This document shows, piece by piece, positions 50,043 to 60,238 of a stretch of 64,000 nucleotides of DNA. This DNA is from an uncultured delta proteobacterium (GTDB taxonomy: Bacteria > Myxococcota_A > UBA9160 > SMWR01), in NCBI GenBank assembly GCA_963832165.1, contig CAWHTE010000003.1:544001-608000 (forward strand), given 5' to 3'. The notes beneath the pieces were generated by a model. It saw nothing but the letters and a program-made list of their open reading frames with translations, did not search any database and had not been told where the DNA came from. The stretch's first letter is position 1, and each line of letters begins with the position of its first letter. The position numbers and the translations under genes were made by a program.

Positions 50043-53000
50043 ATGTGCGGCATCGCCGGGATCCTTCAGTTCGAGCGCCACCACGGTCCGGAGGAGATGG
50101 CCCGCTTCGCGCAGGCGATGGCGTCGACAATCGCGCACCGGGGCCCCGACGACGCGGGCGTGTGGGTCTCCGACGACGGACTCTGTGCGCTCTCCCATCG
50201 CCGGCTCTCGATCATCGAGCCCTCGCCGGTCGGGCATCAGCCCATGCACGCAGCGGACGGGCGCGCGGTGATCAGCTTCAACGGCGAGATCTACAACTAT
50301 CTCGAGCTGCGCCCCGAGCTCGAAGCGCGCGGACGGCGTCTGCGCACGCGCACCGATACCGAGGTGCTGATCGAGGCCGTGCGCGAGTGGGGCGGCCTCG
50401 CGTTCCCGCGCCTGGACGGAATGTACGCGTTCGCACTCTACGATCTCGATCGGCGCGCGCTGTGGTTGGCGCGCGATGCGTTCGGCGAGAAGCCGCTCTA
50501 CTACCTGAATGACGGCAAGCGGCTCGCGTTCGCCTCCGAGCTGCACGCGCTGCAGCAGCTGCCGTTCTTCGACGCCTCGATCGCGGAGGAGGGGCTCGCC
50601 GAGTATCTCTGCTTCACGTACGTGGGGGCGCCGCGCACGCTCTACCGCAACGTCGCCAAGCTGCCGCCCGGCAGCTATCTGCGCGTCGAGGCGGACGGGC
50701 GCTCCGCGGTCCAACGCTATTTCGAGTTCGCGCCCGGCAGGGAACCGGGCCAGGAGGAGCGCAGCCTCGACGATCTATCGGACGAGCTCGAGGAGATCCT
50801 CGTCCGACTGATCCGGCGGCGACTGATCTCGGACGTTCCACTGGGAGCCTTCCTCTCCGGAGGAGTCGACTCCTCCACGGTGTGTGCGCTCGTGCGCAAG
50901 AAGCTCGGCGTACCGCTGGAGACCTTCTCGATCGGCTTCGTCGGTTCGGCGGAGTCCGAGCACGAGCAGGCGCAGCGCTATGCCGAGTATCTCGGAACCC
51001 GGCATCACATGCGGGAGATCGCGCCCGACGCGACCGACTTCCTGCTCCACGCCGGCGATCACCTCGACGAGCCCAACGGCGACAGCTCGTGTCTGCCGAC
51101 GTTCCTGTTGTCGGCGTTCGCGCGCGAGCGCGTGACGGTGGCGGTCTCGGGGGACGGCGGCGACGAGATGTTCGGCGGCTACGGGCGTTATTTCCACGCG
51201 CTTCGCAGGAAAACGCGGGTCCAGCGCCGCGGGCGCGGGGGGCGCGCCGCCGAGGTCGGCCGCTTCTACTACGACGGGATGCAGTTCTTCGGCGACGAGC
51301 ACCTGCGCGAGCTGTTCGGGCGCGTGCCGGGCGAGCTCGGCGCGCACCTGGATCGGCTGCGCACCTACGTGGAGCGCGACCACGGACGGCCCGACCTCCT
51401 GATGCGGCTGCGCAAGACCGACGTCGACCACTACCTGCCCGGTGCGGTGCTGGCCAAGGTGGACCGCATGAGCATGCAGCACGGGCTCGAGGTGCGAACG
51501 CCGTTCCTCTCGATCGAGCTCGCGCGCTTCGCCGAGAAGCTCCCGACCTCCGCTCTCTACCGCGACAACGAGGGGAAGGTGCTGCTCAAGCACCTGGCCG
51601 CGCGTTACCTGCCGCGCGAATGGCTCGATCTTCCGAAGCGGGGCTTCGGACTGCCCGTCTCGCAGGCGTGGGGCCAGCGCGAGCTGCTCGATGTGGTCGG
51701 ATCCCTGCTGGAGGATGGCGACAGCGTGCTCGCGGGCGCGCTCGGGCGCGATCGCGTTGCGCGCTTCCTCGCGCGCCAGCGCGATCCGAAGCAGACGCAG
51801 ATCTATCAGCTCTGGGCGATTGGAATCCTCGAGAGCTACCTGCGCAGGCGGCCGGCGACGCTGCCGCGCGGCGATCGCGCGCCCGATCTCATCGACCTCG
51901 AGGTGAGCTCCATCCACCCGCTGCTCGCGCGGCTCGCCGACGAGGCGAGCGCGCGCGGGAGCGAGCTCGTGGTGTTCTGCGGCGAGAGCGTTCCGGAGGG
52001 ATGGCGCAAGATGCCGGCGAAGATCGCGCTGGTGCTGCGCAGCGAGCTGGCGTCGGTCGAGGGAGCGCGCGTGATCCGCGCCGACTGGACCGTGCCGGAC
52101 GGAGCCGGCCTTGGAGCACTCGAGGGCGAGATCGCGGTGGGCGCGCAGGCGGTCTTCGTCGTGCCAGGCGCGGAGAGTCTGCTCACCCCGAACTACTGCG
52201 AGCGCCTCGCGCAGCTCGGATTTGCGAGTGTGGCGGTGAGCGCGCCCGACGACATCGAGTCGGCGGTGATCGATCTGTCGCGGTACAGCGCGTTTGCGCG
52301 TGACTGCGCGGCGGCCTGGTTGCCGCCGGGCCGCCGGATCGGCTCGTTCGGTCATCCGATCCGCGAGAGTGCAGGGCACCGGTTCCGGTCGCGACTCGCG
52401 CGTTCGAGCGGCGAGACCTCGGATCGCTTCGCCGTGACCGAGGGCCGCCGGCCGCTGCTCTTCGGCGATGCGTCGGCCGAGGAGATTCGCGACCTGGGTG
52501 CGGGACGAAATGGCGTGGATGGGCGGCGCGTGTACTTCTCCGCCTCCGACAACTCGGATCCGCGCTACAACCGGCGGCGCTATCGGCTCGTCGATCTGCA
52601 CCAGCGCGGTGTCGCACCCTGGTGGGCCCCCGCGCCGCCCGAAGCGCAGCACCGCGAAGCGGTCGTGCGCTGGATCGACGAAGCGAACCGGCGTGCGCCG
52701 CCGGCGCGCGCGCCGCGCGAGGGCGACACGGTGGCCCTCGTGGTGCAGACGCTCTTCGCGGGGGGCGCCGAGCGCCAGTGGGTCTCTCTCGGCCGCGAGC
52801 TCGTGTCGCGCGGATTCCGCGTGGTGCTGTTCGCGTTCGATCTCGAGCGCGAGAACGCGCACTACCTGCGGCTGGCCCAGCAAGCGGCCGTCGAGGTGCG
52901 CGAGATGTCGCGGCCGGCGTCGCTTCCCGATGCGTCGCCCGCCGGCCCGGCGTTCGATCCGCGCGTGTTGTCGCTCGCCGCAACCGCGCCGGGGTTCTTG

Positions 53001-53924
53001 CGCCGCGATCTCTGGCGCCTCACGCGCGATCTGAACGCGATCGGCGCGAGCTATGTCGCCTGTGCACTCGACGTGCCGAACGTGTGCGGCGGTCTCGCGG
53101 GGCTGCTCGGGGGTGCGCGGCGCGTGCTGCTCTCATTCCGCAACGTGAACCCCACCCATTTCCCCACGCTCGACCGGCCCTGGCTGCGCGACTACTATCG
53201 CGCGCTCGCGGGATCGCAGCAGATCGTCTGGAGCGGCAACTCGCACGCGGGCAACAGCGATTACGCGGAGTGGCTCGGGATCGACCCGCAGCGGATTCGC
53301 ACGATCCACAACGGATTCGCCCCCGAGCTGTTCGCGGGAATCGGCGAGACCCAGGCCGCCGACCTGCGCGCGGCGCTCGAGATCGCGCCCGGCGCGCGGA
53401 TCGTGTGCGGCCTGTTCCGCTGGTCCGACGAGAAGGATCCGGACGCGTTCCTCGAGGTGAGCCGACGACTCGTCGGCGCGCGCGACGACGTGGTCGTGGT
53501 GCAGGCGGGCGGTGGGCCCGGCCTCGAAGCCGCGCGCCGCCGAGTGACGGGGCTCGGACTCGAGCGCCGCATCCGTCTGCTCGGCACGCGGCGCGATGTG
53601 GGCGCCCTGATGCGCGCGTCACAGCTCCTGCTGTCGACCTCCCGCTTCGAGGGACTTCCCAACGTGATGCTCGAGGCGCAGCACTTCGGGCTGCCCGTGG
53701 TCGCAACGGCCGTGGGCGGCAGCGCCGAAGCGATCGAAGACGGCGCGACGGGTGTGCTCGTTCCGCCGGGCGACGTCGATGCCATCACACGGGCCTGCCT
53801 CGAGCTGCTCGACGACCCGGAGCGGCGGCGCGCGCTCGGCAGCGCGGGAGAGAAGCGGATCGAGCAGCGCTTCTCGGTCGACGCATTCATCGACGCGACG
53901 CTCGACGCGCTCTCCGAGCCGTGA
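50043..53924 (+). CDS. AsnB-type glutamine amidotransferase fused to an unknown middle region and a GT4 glycosyltransferase
   Basis: MCGIAG, HRGPD, NGEIYN, LSGGVDSS and SGDGGDE; C-terminal GGAERQ and EGLPNVMLEA. Confidence 0.85.
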   Translation: MCGIAGILQFERHHGPEEMARFAQAMASTIAHRGPDDAGVWVSDDGLCALSHRRLSIIEPSPVGHQPMHAADGRAVISFNGEIYNYLELRPELEARGRRLRTRTDTEVLIEAVREWGGLAFPRLDGMYAFALYDLDRRALWLARDAFGEKPLYYLNDGKRLAFASELHALQQLPFFDASIAEEGLAEYLCFTYVGAPRTLYRNVAKLPPGSYLRVEADGRSAVQRYFEFAPGREPGQEERSLDDLSDELEEILVRLIRRRLISDVPLGAFLSGGVDSSTVCALVRKKLGVPLETFSIGFVGSAESEHEQAQRYAEYLGTRHHMREIAPDATDFLLHAGDHLDEPNGDSSCLPTFLLSAFARERVTVAVSGDGGDEMFGGYGRYFHALRRKTRVQRRGRGGRAAEVGRFYYDGMQFFGDEHLRELFGRVPGELGAHLDRLRTYVERDHGRPDLLMRLRKTDVDHYLPGAVLAKVDRMSMQHGLEVRTPFLSIELARFAEKLPTSALYRDNEGKVLLKHLAARYLPREWLDLPKRGFGLPVSQAWGQRELLDVVGSLLEDGDSVLAGALGRDRVARFLARQRDPKQTQIYQLWAIGILESYLRRRPATLPRGDRAPDLIDLEVSSIHPLLARLADEASARGSELVVFCGESVPEGWRKMPAKIALVLRSELASVEGARVIRADWTVPDGAGLGALEGEIAVGAQAVFVVPGAESLLTPNYCERLAQLGFASVAVSAPDDIESAVIDLSRYSAFARDCAAAWLPPGRRIGSFGHPIRESAGHRFRSRLARSSGETSDRFAVTEGRRPLLFGDASAEEIRDLGAGRNGVDGRRVYFSASDNSDPRYNRRRYRLVDLHQRGVAPWWAPAPPEAQHREAVVRWIDEANRRAPPARAPREGDTVALVVQTLFAGGAERQWVSLGRELVSRGFRVVLFAFDLERENAHYLRLAQQAAVEVREMSRPASLPDASPAGPAFDPRVLSLAATAPGFLRRDLWRLTRDLNAIGASYVACALDVPNVCGGLAGLLGGARRVLLSFRNVNPTHFPTLDRPWLRDYYRALAGSQQIVWSGNSHAGNSDYAEWLGIDPQRIRTIHNGFAPELFAGIGETQAADLRAALEIAPGARIVCGLFRWSDEKDPDAFLEVSRRLVGARDDVVVVQAGGGPGLEAARRRVTGLGLERRIRLLGTRRDVGALMRASQLLLSTSRFEGLPNVMLEAQHFGLPVVATAVGGSAEAIEDGATGVLVPPGDVDAITRACLELLDDPERRRALGSAGEKRIEQRFSVDAFIDATLDALSEP

Positions 53925-55042
53925 CCGGCTCGTTGCGCGTCTTCTTCTCGCTCGACGCGAGTGAGCGCGAGCACCGCGGGGGACCGTCGGTGCGCGCGCG
54001 CCAGACCGCCACGGCGCTCGAGGCGCTCGGACACCAGCTGGGTTTCGGCGAGCAGCCCGAGCCGGGCCGATGGGACGTGGTTCACGTGTTCAATTCGTGG
54101 CCTGCGCAGCCTTCTCTCGAGCGGATCGAAGCGGCACGCGCTGCGGGAGCCGCGGTCGTGTTGTCGCCGATCTACATGGACCACCGCGAGACGGCGTGGG
54201 CGCGCCGTGTGTTGCGCCATGGAATGGCCGGCGCGCGGCGCGGCATCCACTCGATCGGCGCGCTCGGACGTCTGCGGCGCACGCCCCGCGATCGGCGCAT
54301 CGGCACGAACGCCGCGCTGCGCGAGTACCGCGAGCTGATGCCGCAGATGATTTCGCGCTGCGATCACGTGATCGTGTTGAGTCAGGCGGAGCTCGCGGGA
54401 CTTGGCGAGCTCGGCTGTGAGCCGCGATCGTGGAGCCCGGTGTTCAATGCGATCGACGCCCGCCCGTTCGCGGATGCCGATCCCGCGCTGTTCCGCCGCC
54501 AACACCAGCTGCCGGCCTATGCGCTGTGCGTCGGCCGGATCGAGTTCCGCAAAAACCAGGCTCTGCTGATCAAGGGGCTGTCGGGCTCGGATCTCTCCGT
54601 GGTGCTCGTGGGCGGTGCGCTGAGCCGCCGCTATGACCGCCTGGTCCGCGATCTGTCGGGCCCGAGCGTGCGGCGCATCGATCACCTCGATGCCGGCGGC
54701 GCGCTGCTGGCTTCGGCCTTCGCGGGCGCGACGGTGTTCGTGCTGCCGAGCTGGACCGAGGGGGCACCGATCTCCGCGCTCGAAGCGGCGGCGGCGGGCT
54801 GTCCGCTCGTGCTCGGCGACCGCGCAGGTGTGCGCGAGTACTTCGGTCCTCTCGCGCAGTATTGCGAGCCGTCGGATCCCGCGTCGATCCGCGCGGCGGT
54901 CGAGTCGGCGATCGCGGAGGACTCGGAATCGCTGCGCGCGCGCCGGCGCGCGCTGGCCTCGGAGCGGTTCACGCTCGCGGCAGCTGCGCGCGACACCGCA
55001 GCGGCCTACTCCGTCGCGCTCTCCGCGCGCGCGGCTCGCTGA
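53921..55042 (+). CDS. Glycosyltransferase family 4
   Basis: GTGA overlap; VGRIEFRKNQ and PSWTEGAPISALEAAAAG. Confidence 0.85.
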   Translation: MTGSLRVFFSLDASEREHRGGPSVRARQTATALEALGHQLGFGEQPEPGRWDVVHVFNSWPAQPSLERIEAARAAGAAVVLSPIYMDHRETAWARRVLRHGMAGARRGIHSIGALGRLRRTPRDRRIGTNAALREYRELMPQMISRCDHVIVLSQAELAGLGELGCEPRSWSPVFNAIDARPFADADPALFRRQHQLPAYALCVGRIEFRKNQALLIKGLSGSDLSVVLVGGALSRRYDRLVRDLSGPSVRRIDHLDAGGALLASAFAGATVFVLPSWTEGAPISALEAAAAGCPLVLGDRAGVREYFGPLAQYCEPSDPASIRAAVESAIAEDSESLRARRRALASERFTLAAAARDTAAAYSVALSARAAR

Positions 55043-55055
55043 ACGCTCCGCCCGA

Positions 55056-55811
55056 TCACGGAACGACGCAGACGCCGAAGTTGCGGATCTCCGCAGAGCG
55101 CTCGATCCCGTGCTTGCGCAGGAAGTGGCGCCAGGCATTCGAGTGCAACACGTCGTGCGAGGCCAGGATGCCCCCCGACCGCAGGTGAGACAGCGCGAGC
55201 TCGTACTCGGCCATCATGTGCGCGTACTCGTGATGGCTGTCGTGCAGGAAGAGGTCGATCGGCGCGAGGCTCTCGAGCAGCCCAGGCAGGACCGCCAAGC
55301 TGTCGCCGAGATGGAGTCGCACGCGGCTCCGCCATTCGGCGGGGATCAATACGCCGATGCTGTCTGGATCATCGACGCGATCGATCGAGTGGAGCTCGCC
55401 CGCGCGGTTCTCGTTCATGGCGTGCAGGATGTAGAGTGCCGACGCGCCGGCCGCGGTACCCGTCTCCACCGCGATCTTCGGCTGGCTCGCGCGCACTACC
55501 GCGTACAGCGAGACACTGTCTGCGGTGCTCATCGGGCTCGGGACGTGGGTGAGCTCGCGTTCGACGCGGTCGCGTTCGCCTGCGAGTGCAAGCTGATCGG
55601 CCTCGTGCACGAAGCTCGCGATCTTCGTCTCGCCGAGGTCGAACAGCCGCGCGAGGCGCCCAACCCGAGCGGCGACGAGGTCGCTCGCGCTCATGCGTTC
55701 CTTCACGCGCTGCGCCTCGGCATCGCTCCACGTGACGGGCATGCCGAGCCGGTCCTTCAGCGCGTTGAGCAGGTGCGCGAGGCGACTCGGCCGCCGAGAG
55801 GAGGAGCTCAC
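55056..55811 (-). CDS. Class I SAM-dependent methyltransferase (Methyltransf_24-like)
   Basis: VETGTAAGAS, LHSID, IDLFLHDSHH and GGILASHD. Confidence 0.82.
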   Translation of the reverse strand: MSSSSRRPSRLAHLLNALKDRLGMPVTWSDAEAQRVKERMSASDLVAARVGRLARLFDLGETKIASFVHEADQLALAGERDRVERELTHVPSPMSTADSVSLYAVVRASQPKIAVETGTAAGASALYILHAMNENRAGELHSIDRVDDPDSIGVLIPAEWRSRVRLHLGDSLAVLPGLLESLAPIDLFLHDSHHEYAHMMAEYELALSHLRSGGILASHDVLHSNAWRHFLRKHGIERSAEIRNFGVCVVP

Positions 55812-56497
55812 CGGCTGGCGCCCCACAGCGATGCAAGGCCGCGCCGGATCCGGCGCTTGAGCGATCGCGAGCGACGGTCGTTGATCCCGCGGTAGACGAT
55901 CCCGCCTTCGCGGCGCGCGATCCCCGCGAGCACGGCGCGGCGATCCATGGTGAACGGCGCGGTGCTCGTCTTCCGGACCGCGACGCAGCGCAGTCCGTTG
56001 ATCAGCTTCGATGCGATCATCTCGTATTCGTTGAGCCGCGCGAGCTCTGCGAAGAACTCGTGCGAGTAGTAGTAGTTGCAGTGGCCCTTCCAGGCGCCGT
56101 CGCGGTCGAGCGCTTCGACGTCGGGCACGAGTGAGATCGCGATGCCGCCCGTGCACAGGCAGTTGTGGATGTTCAGGAAGCAGGTGTACTGGGCCGACAG
56201 CGGCTCGACGTGTTCGGTGGTGCCGGAGTTCGTGATGATGTCGAACGCGTCGAGCCAGGTCGCGTTCCGGATCCGCCGCGACAGGTCGACGCGCACCGCA
56301 CCGTGCTCGCCGTTCAGGTCGAACGAGGTGTGCGCGACGCCGCGGTTCTCGAAGTACTGCTTGCCGGTGGACTCGGGGATCGCCTCGTCTTCGATCACCT
56401 GATCGCCGAGCTCGAGCATGTGCCGCCCGCGTAGTTCGCCGAGCGTGGAGGAGACGCACTCTTCGATGAAATCGAGGTAGCCCCGTTCGAGACCCAC
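55808..56497 (-). CDS. Methyltransferase-like hypothetical protein
   Basis: MLELGDQ, SFDLNG and FDIITNSGTTEHV, a SAM-fold-like pattern. Confidence 0.7.
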   Translation of the reverse strand: MGLERGYLDFIEECVSSTLGELRGRHMLELGDQVIEDEAIPESTGKQYFENRGVAHTSFDLNGEHGAVRVDLSRRIRNATWLDAFDIITNSGTTEHVEPLSAQYTCFLNIHNCLCTGGIAISLVPDVEALDRDGAWKGHCNYYYSHEFFAELARLNEYEMIASKLINGLRCVAVRKTSTAPFTMDRRAVLAGIARREGGIVYRGINDRRSRSLKRRIRRGLASLWGASR

Positions 56498-56559
56498 TGC
56501 ATCCCCCGCCGAGTCCCGCGCATGTTACTGGATCGCGTTACTCCGTGAGGACTGCCGTG

Positions 56560-57159
56560 TCACGTGGCGATCGGGTGGTACGTGCAGACGAGCACGCCCG
56601 TCTTCGCCTGCTTCACCGACACGAGCTCGAGAGGACGTGCGCGTCGGTCCGTGGGGAAGATCGTCTTCCCTCCGCCGAGGAGGATCGGCTCGATCATGAG
56701 GCAGTATTCGTCGACGAGATCGTTCTCGACGAGCTGACGCACCAGCGAGGCGCTGCCCCAGATCTGCAGGCCGCGGTCGACGTCGCTCTTTCGCAGCGAG
56801 CGGATCGCCGCGATGGCGTCTCCAGCCAGGAGCGTCGTGTTGTTCCACCTCGCCGACGCCTGCTCGGCAGACAGCGTGCGCGACGCGACGTATTTCCGGA
56901 TCGCGTTCATCCGGTCGGCGAACGGATCTCCGGCCTGCTCCGGCCAGGCGCCCGCCATGACTTCCCAGGTACGCCGTCCGAACAGCAACGCGTCCGAGCG
57001 GCTCATGACCTCGTCGATCACGGTTCCCATCGCATCGGGGTCGAAGAGCGGCATCGACCAGCCCCCGTGCGAGAAGCCGCCGTCGAGATCCTCGTCCTTG
57101 CCGCCGGGAGCCTGAACCACGCCGTCGAGGCTCATGAAATCGGTCACGATGATCCGCAT
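56560..57159 (-). CDS. Dihydrofolate reductase / RibD C-terminal family protein
   Basis: MSLDGVVQAPG, LLFGRRT, KYVASRTL, GSASLV and PILLGGGK. Confidence 0.9.
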   Translation of the reverse strand: MRIIVTDFMSLDGVVQAPGGKDEDLDGGFSHGGWSMPLFDPDAMGTVIDEVMSRSDALLFGRRTWEVMAGAWPEQAGDPFADRMNAIRKYVASRTLSAEQASARWNNTTLLAGDAIAAIRSLRKSDVDRGLQIWGSASLVRQLVENDLVDEYCLMIEPILLGGGKTIFPTDRRARPLELVSVKQAKTGVLVCTYHPIAT

Positions 57160-57242
57160 GTCTTTCTCCTCCTGCCCTGGAGACGGACGGCCCGGCGCGA
57201 TTTCGACATCCTAGGGGGTGCGCTCCAACCGCCGCACGGGTG

Positions 57243-57296
57243 TTGACCGCGGCCCGCGCTCTCGGGTAGGGTGAGAACCTAATACTTGTTCCACCC
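57243..57296 (+). promoter_or_regulatory. Putative sigma70-type promoter with an adjacent inverted repeat (candidate TetR operator)
   Basis: TTGACC (57243) N18 TAGGGT (57267); imperfect palindrome GGGTGAGAAC-N9-GTTCCACCC at 57269-57296. Confidence 0.4.
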
Positions 57297-57322
57297 CATC
57301 CCGGGAGACAAGGAACCCAGCG

Positions 57323-58564
57323 GTGTCGGCCGACAGCGAGCGCAAGGCAGAGATCCTCGACGCGGCCGCGACCGTGCTCGCTTCGTCCGGGCTCCGGACC
57401 TCGCTGCAACAGATCGCCGACGCGTGCGGGATCCTCGCGGGAAGTCTCTACCACCACTTCGAGTCGAAGGAAGACCTCTTCATCGCGCTCGTCGAGCGTT
57501 ATCAGTCGGAGCTCGACAACGTTGCCGAGAAGGCGCAGGAGCAGGGTACGAACCCGCGTGCGCCCGACGAGCAGATCGTGGCGCTGGGAGCCGCGATCGC
57601 CGAATGCGCGGTGCGGCACCGGGCCGCACTGTTGCTCTCGCTCTACGAGCCGCCCGAGGGTGCGAGCGCAGAGATGGTGCGCCTGACGAGCCGGACGCCC
57701 GATGCGATCAACGCGGCCATGCTCGCGATCCTCGAGGCGGCGAGGTCGAGTGGCTACCTCCGGCGTGAGGTGGATCTCCCGGTTCTCGCCGATCGGATCT
57801 GTCAGAGCATGTTGCACACCGGAGTTGGCGTTTCCCATCGGCTGCGCGGCGGCGAGCGGATCCCCGCGATCAAGTGTGGGATGCTGCTGCACGGCCTCGC
57901 GCTGCGGCTTCCCGATGATGCTCGCCTGGATCGCTCCAAGGCCCGGCAAGCGGCCGACGAGGCGATCCAGTCCTGGGAGGAAGCCGACGCGGGGAGCGAC
58001 CCGAGAGCGGCGCGGATCCTGGCCGTCGCGCGCTCGGAGTTCGCGCGCCGCGGCACCGAGCTCGCGACGATCAGGGACGTCGCTGCGGCCGCGGAGATGA
58101 GCACGGGCACCGTCTATCGCCTGATCGAGTCGAAAGAGAAACTCATGTCTTCGATTCTGTGGTCGTACACACAGAAGACCACGGAAGGCTGGGATCGCAT
58201 CGCGAGCTCCTCGTCGGCGCCCGTGGAGAAGCTCGACGCGCTCCTGTGGTTCAACATCAACGTGGTGCACCGCTTCGCCGACGAGCACCGGATCCAGTCG
58301 CTGGGACTCCAGCTCGTGCCGCCGAAGAGCCCCAATCTCACCTGGACGTTTCCGGCTCAGCTGCGCCTGCTCAAGGGATTGGTGTCGCAAGGCATTCGGG
58401 CGCGACAGCTCCAGATCGAGAAGGGCCCCTCTCTGGACATGGTCTCCCGCTGCGTGTTCGCACTCATCCTCACGCCGGAGAACATCGTGCGCGATGCAGG
58501 CATTCACGACGCGCTCCACTTCAATCGCGACACGCTCTTGCGCGGTGCTGCGAGGCGTTCGTGA
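57323..58564 (+). CDS. Tandem (double) TetR family regulator
   Basis: Two HTHs: TSLQQIADACGILAGSLYHHFESKEDL and ATIRDVAAAAEMSTGTVYRLIESKEKL. Confidence 0.9.
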   Translation: MSADSERKAEILDAAATVLASSGLRTSLQQIADACGILAGSLYHHFESKEDLFIALVERYQSELDNVAEKAQEQGTNPRAPDEQIVALGAAIAECAVRHRAALLLSLYEPPEGASAEMVRLTSRTPDAINAAMLAILEAARSSGYLRREVDLPVLADRICQSMLHTGVGVSHRLRGGERIPAIKCGMLLHGLALRLPDDARLDRSKARQAADEAIQSWEEADAGSDPRAARILAVARSEFARRGTELATIRDVAAAAEMSTGTVYRLIESKEKLMSSILWSYTQKTTEGWDRIASSSSAPVEKLDALLWFNINVVHRFADEHRIQSLGLQLVPPKSPNLTWTFPAQLRLLKGLVSQGIRARQLQIEKGPSLDMVSRCVFALILTPENIVRDAGIHDALHFNRDTLLRGAARRS

Positions 58565-60238
58565 CCACGGACCCCGTGCGAGCAGCGGACGGATTGGGAC
58601 GGCTTGGCCTCTTGGCCTCGGCGCTCTCTGGCCGCGCGCTGCAGGTGGCAGCGAGCGAGCCCGGCGAGCTCGCGTGGACCGACGGAAGACGGATCTTCGT
58701 CGATGCCGACGACGAGCGCGCGGGATCAGCTCGAGGCGCTCGCGGTGCAGGCGTCGCTGCTCGCCGCCGGAAGTCTCGCGCCCGACGTCGTGCGCAGGTT
58801 CACGCGGCGCCCGCGGCTCGCGAAGCGATACCTCGCGATCGAAGGGCACCGCGCACTCGCTGCGAACGAGCGCCTGTTGCCGCTGCGGGTCCGATCGCTG
58901 ATCGACTCCGCGGTCGCGGCGCGCGGCGATTCGCCCGTGGCGTCGCTGGCGGCGGCGCTCTCCGCGCAGAAGATCGCCGACGCGCCCGACAGCTTCGGAG
59001 CCATCCGCGCGCGGGAGCTGCTCGCGTCGAGCAGCCGCATCGGCGCCTCGATGAAGACACGAGAGCACGTCCCGCGCCACGGGCGAGATCGGGTGCTGAT
59101 CGAGCTCGAACAGGATGACAGCGACGAGATCGACGCCCCCATCGACTTCTCGAGCCCCGTCGGCGGCGGGGGCGCGCTAGGCCGGTGGCTCCAGCGCATG
59201 CTGGAGGTGGTGCGCCAGCGTAGCGGGGGACCTCCGGGCGCCGATCCGGCGACGCACGAGACGCGCACGGGACGGCGAGGCGGCAGTCGTGCTGCGGTCT
59301 CGACGGCGGTCGCGGGCACCCTCGAGGAGGGCGCGACTCGCGTCCGCGGAACGAAGTACCCCGAGTGGGACGCAGCGCGACGGCGCTACCGCCCGGACTG
59401 GTGCACCGTGCACGAAATCGAGCCGCGAGCCGGCAACGGCGCGCCGCACCGGATGACGGACGCGTACGGCCTGCGTCGATCGCTCGCGCGCCTGGGCACG
59501 GGCCTCGATTCGTGTCACCGGCAGATGCAGGGCGACGACCTCGACATCGATGCGGCGGTCGAGGCCCGCGTCGAGCTGATGGCCGGGACCGTACCCGACG
59601 AGGCGTTCTACGTGGACAGCCTTCGCCGCCGGCGTGATCTCGCGGTGCTGTTGCTGCTCGACGTCTCGGGCTCCGCTGCCGAGCCCGGTGCAGCGGCCCA
59701 CACCGTGCACGAGCACCAGCGCGCGGCGGCCGCCGCGCTCACAGTGGCTCTGCACGATCTCGGTGATCGCGTGGCGCTCTACGCCTATCACTCGCAGGGG
59801 CGGTCCGCCGTACACCTCGTGCCCGTGAAGCGCTTCGACGATCGTCTCGACATCCTCGTGATGCGTCGCCTTCACGGTCTCGTGCCCGGGGCCTACTCGA
59901 GGCTGGGTGCGGCGATCCGCCATGGTGCGTCCGTGTTGGAGCAGCGGGGCGGGGCATCGCGCCGGCTGCTCGTCGTGCTATCCGACGGGCTCGCGTACGA
60001 CCACGGCTACGAGCGCGCGTATGGAGCCGCCGACGCGCGGCGCGCGCTCGCGGAGGCCCGACGCCGGGGCACCGCCTGCCTCTGTCTCAGCATCGGCGCC
60101 AGCACCGATTCCGAGGAGCTTCGGCGTGTATTCGGCAGCGCTGCGCACGCCGCGATCCCGAAGCCCGAGCAGCTCCGGCGCGTGATCGGACCGCTATTCC
60201 GCTCGGCGCTGCGCTCTGCGGAGGTCAGGCGACAATGA
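58561..60238 (+). CDS. NorD/CbbO-like vWA domain protein, +1 frameshift near 58712
   Basis: GTGA overlap with tetR, AWTDG, YPEWD...YRPDWC, GDDLDIDA, MIDAS LLDVSGS, SRLGAAIRH and LSDG. Confidence 0.85.
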
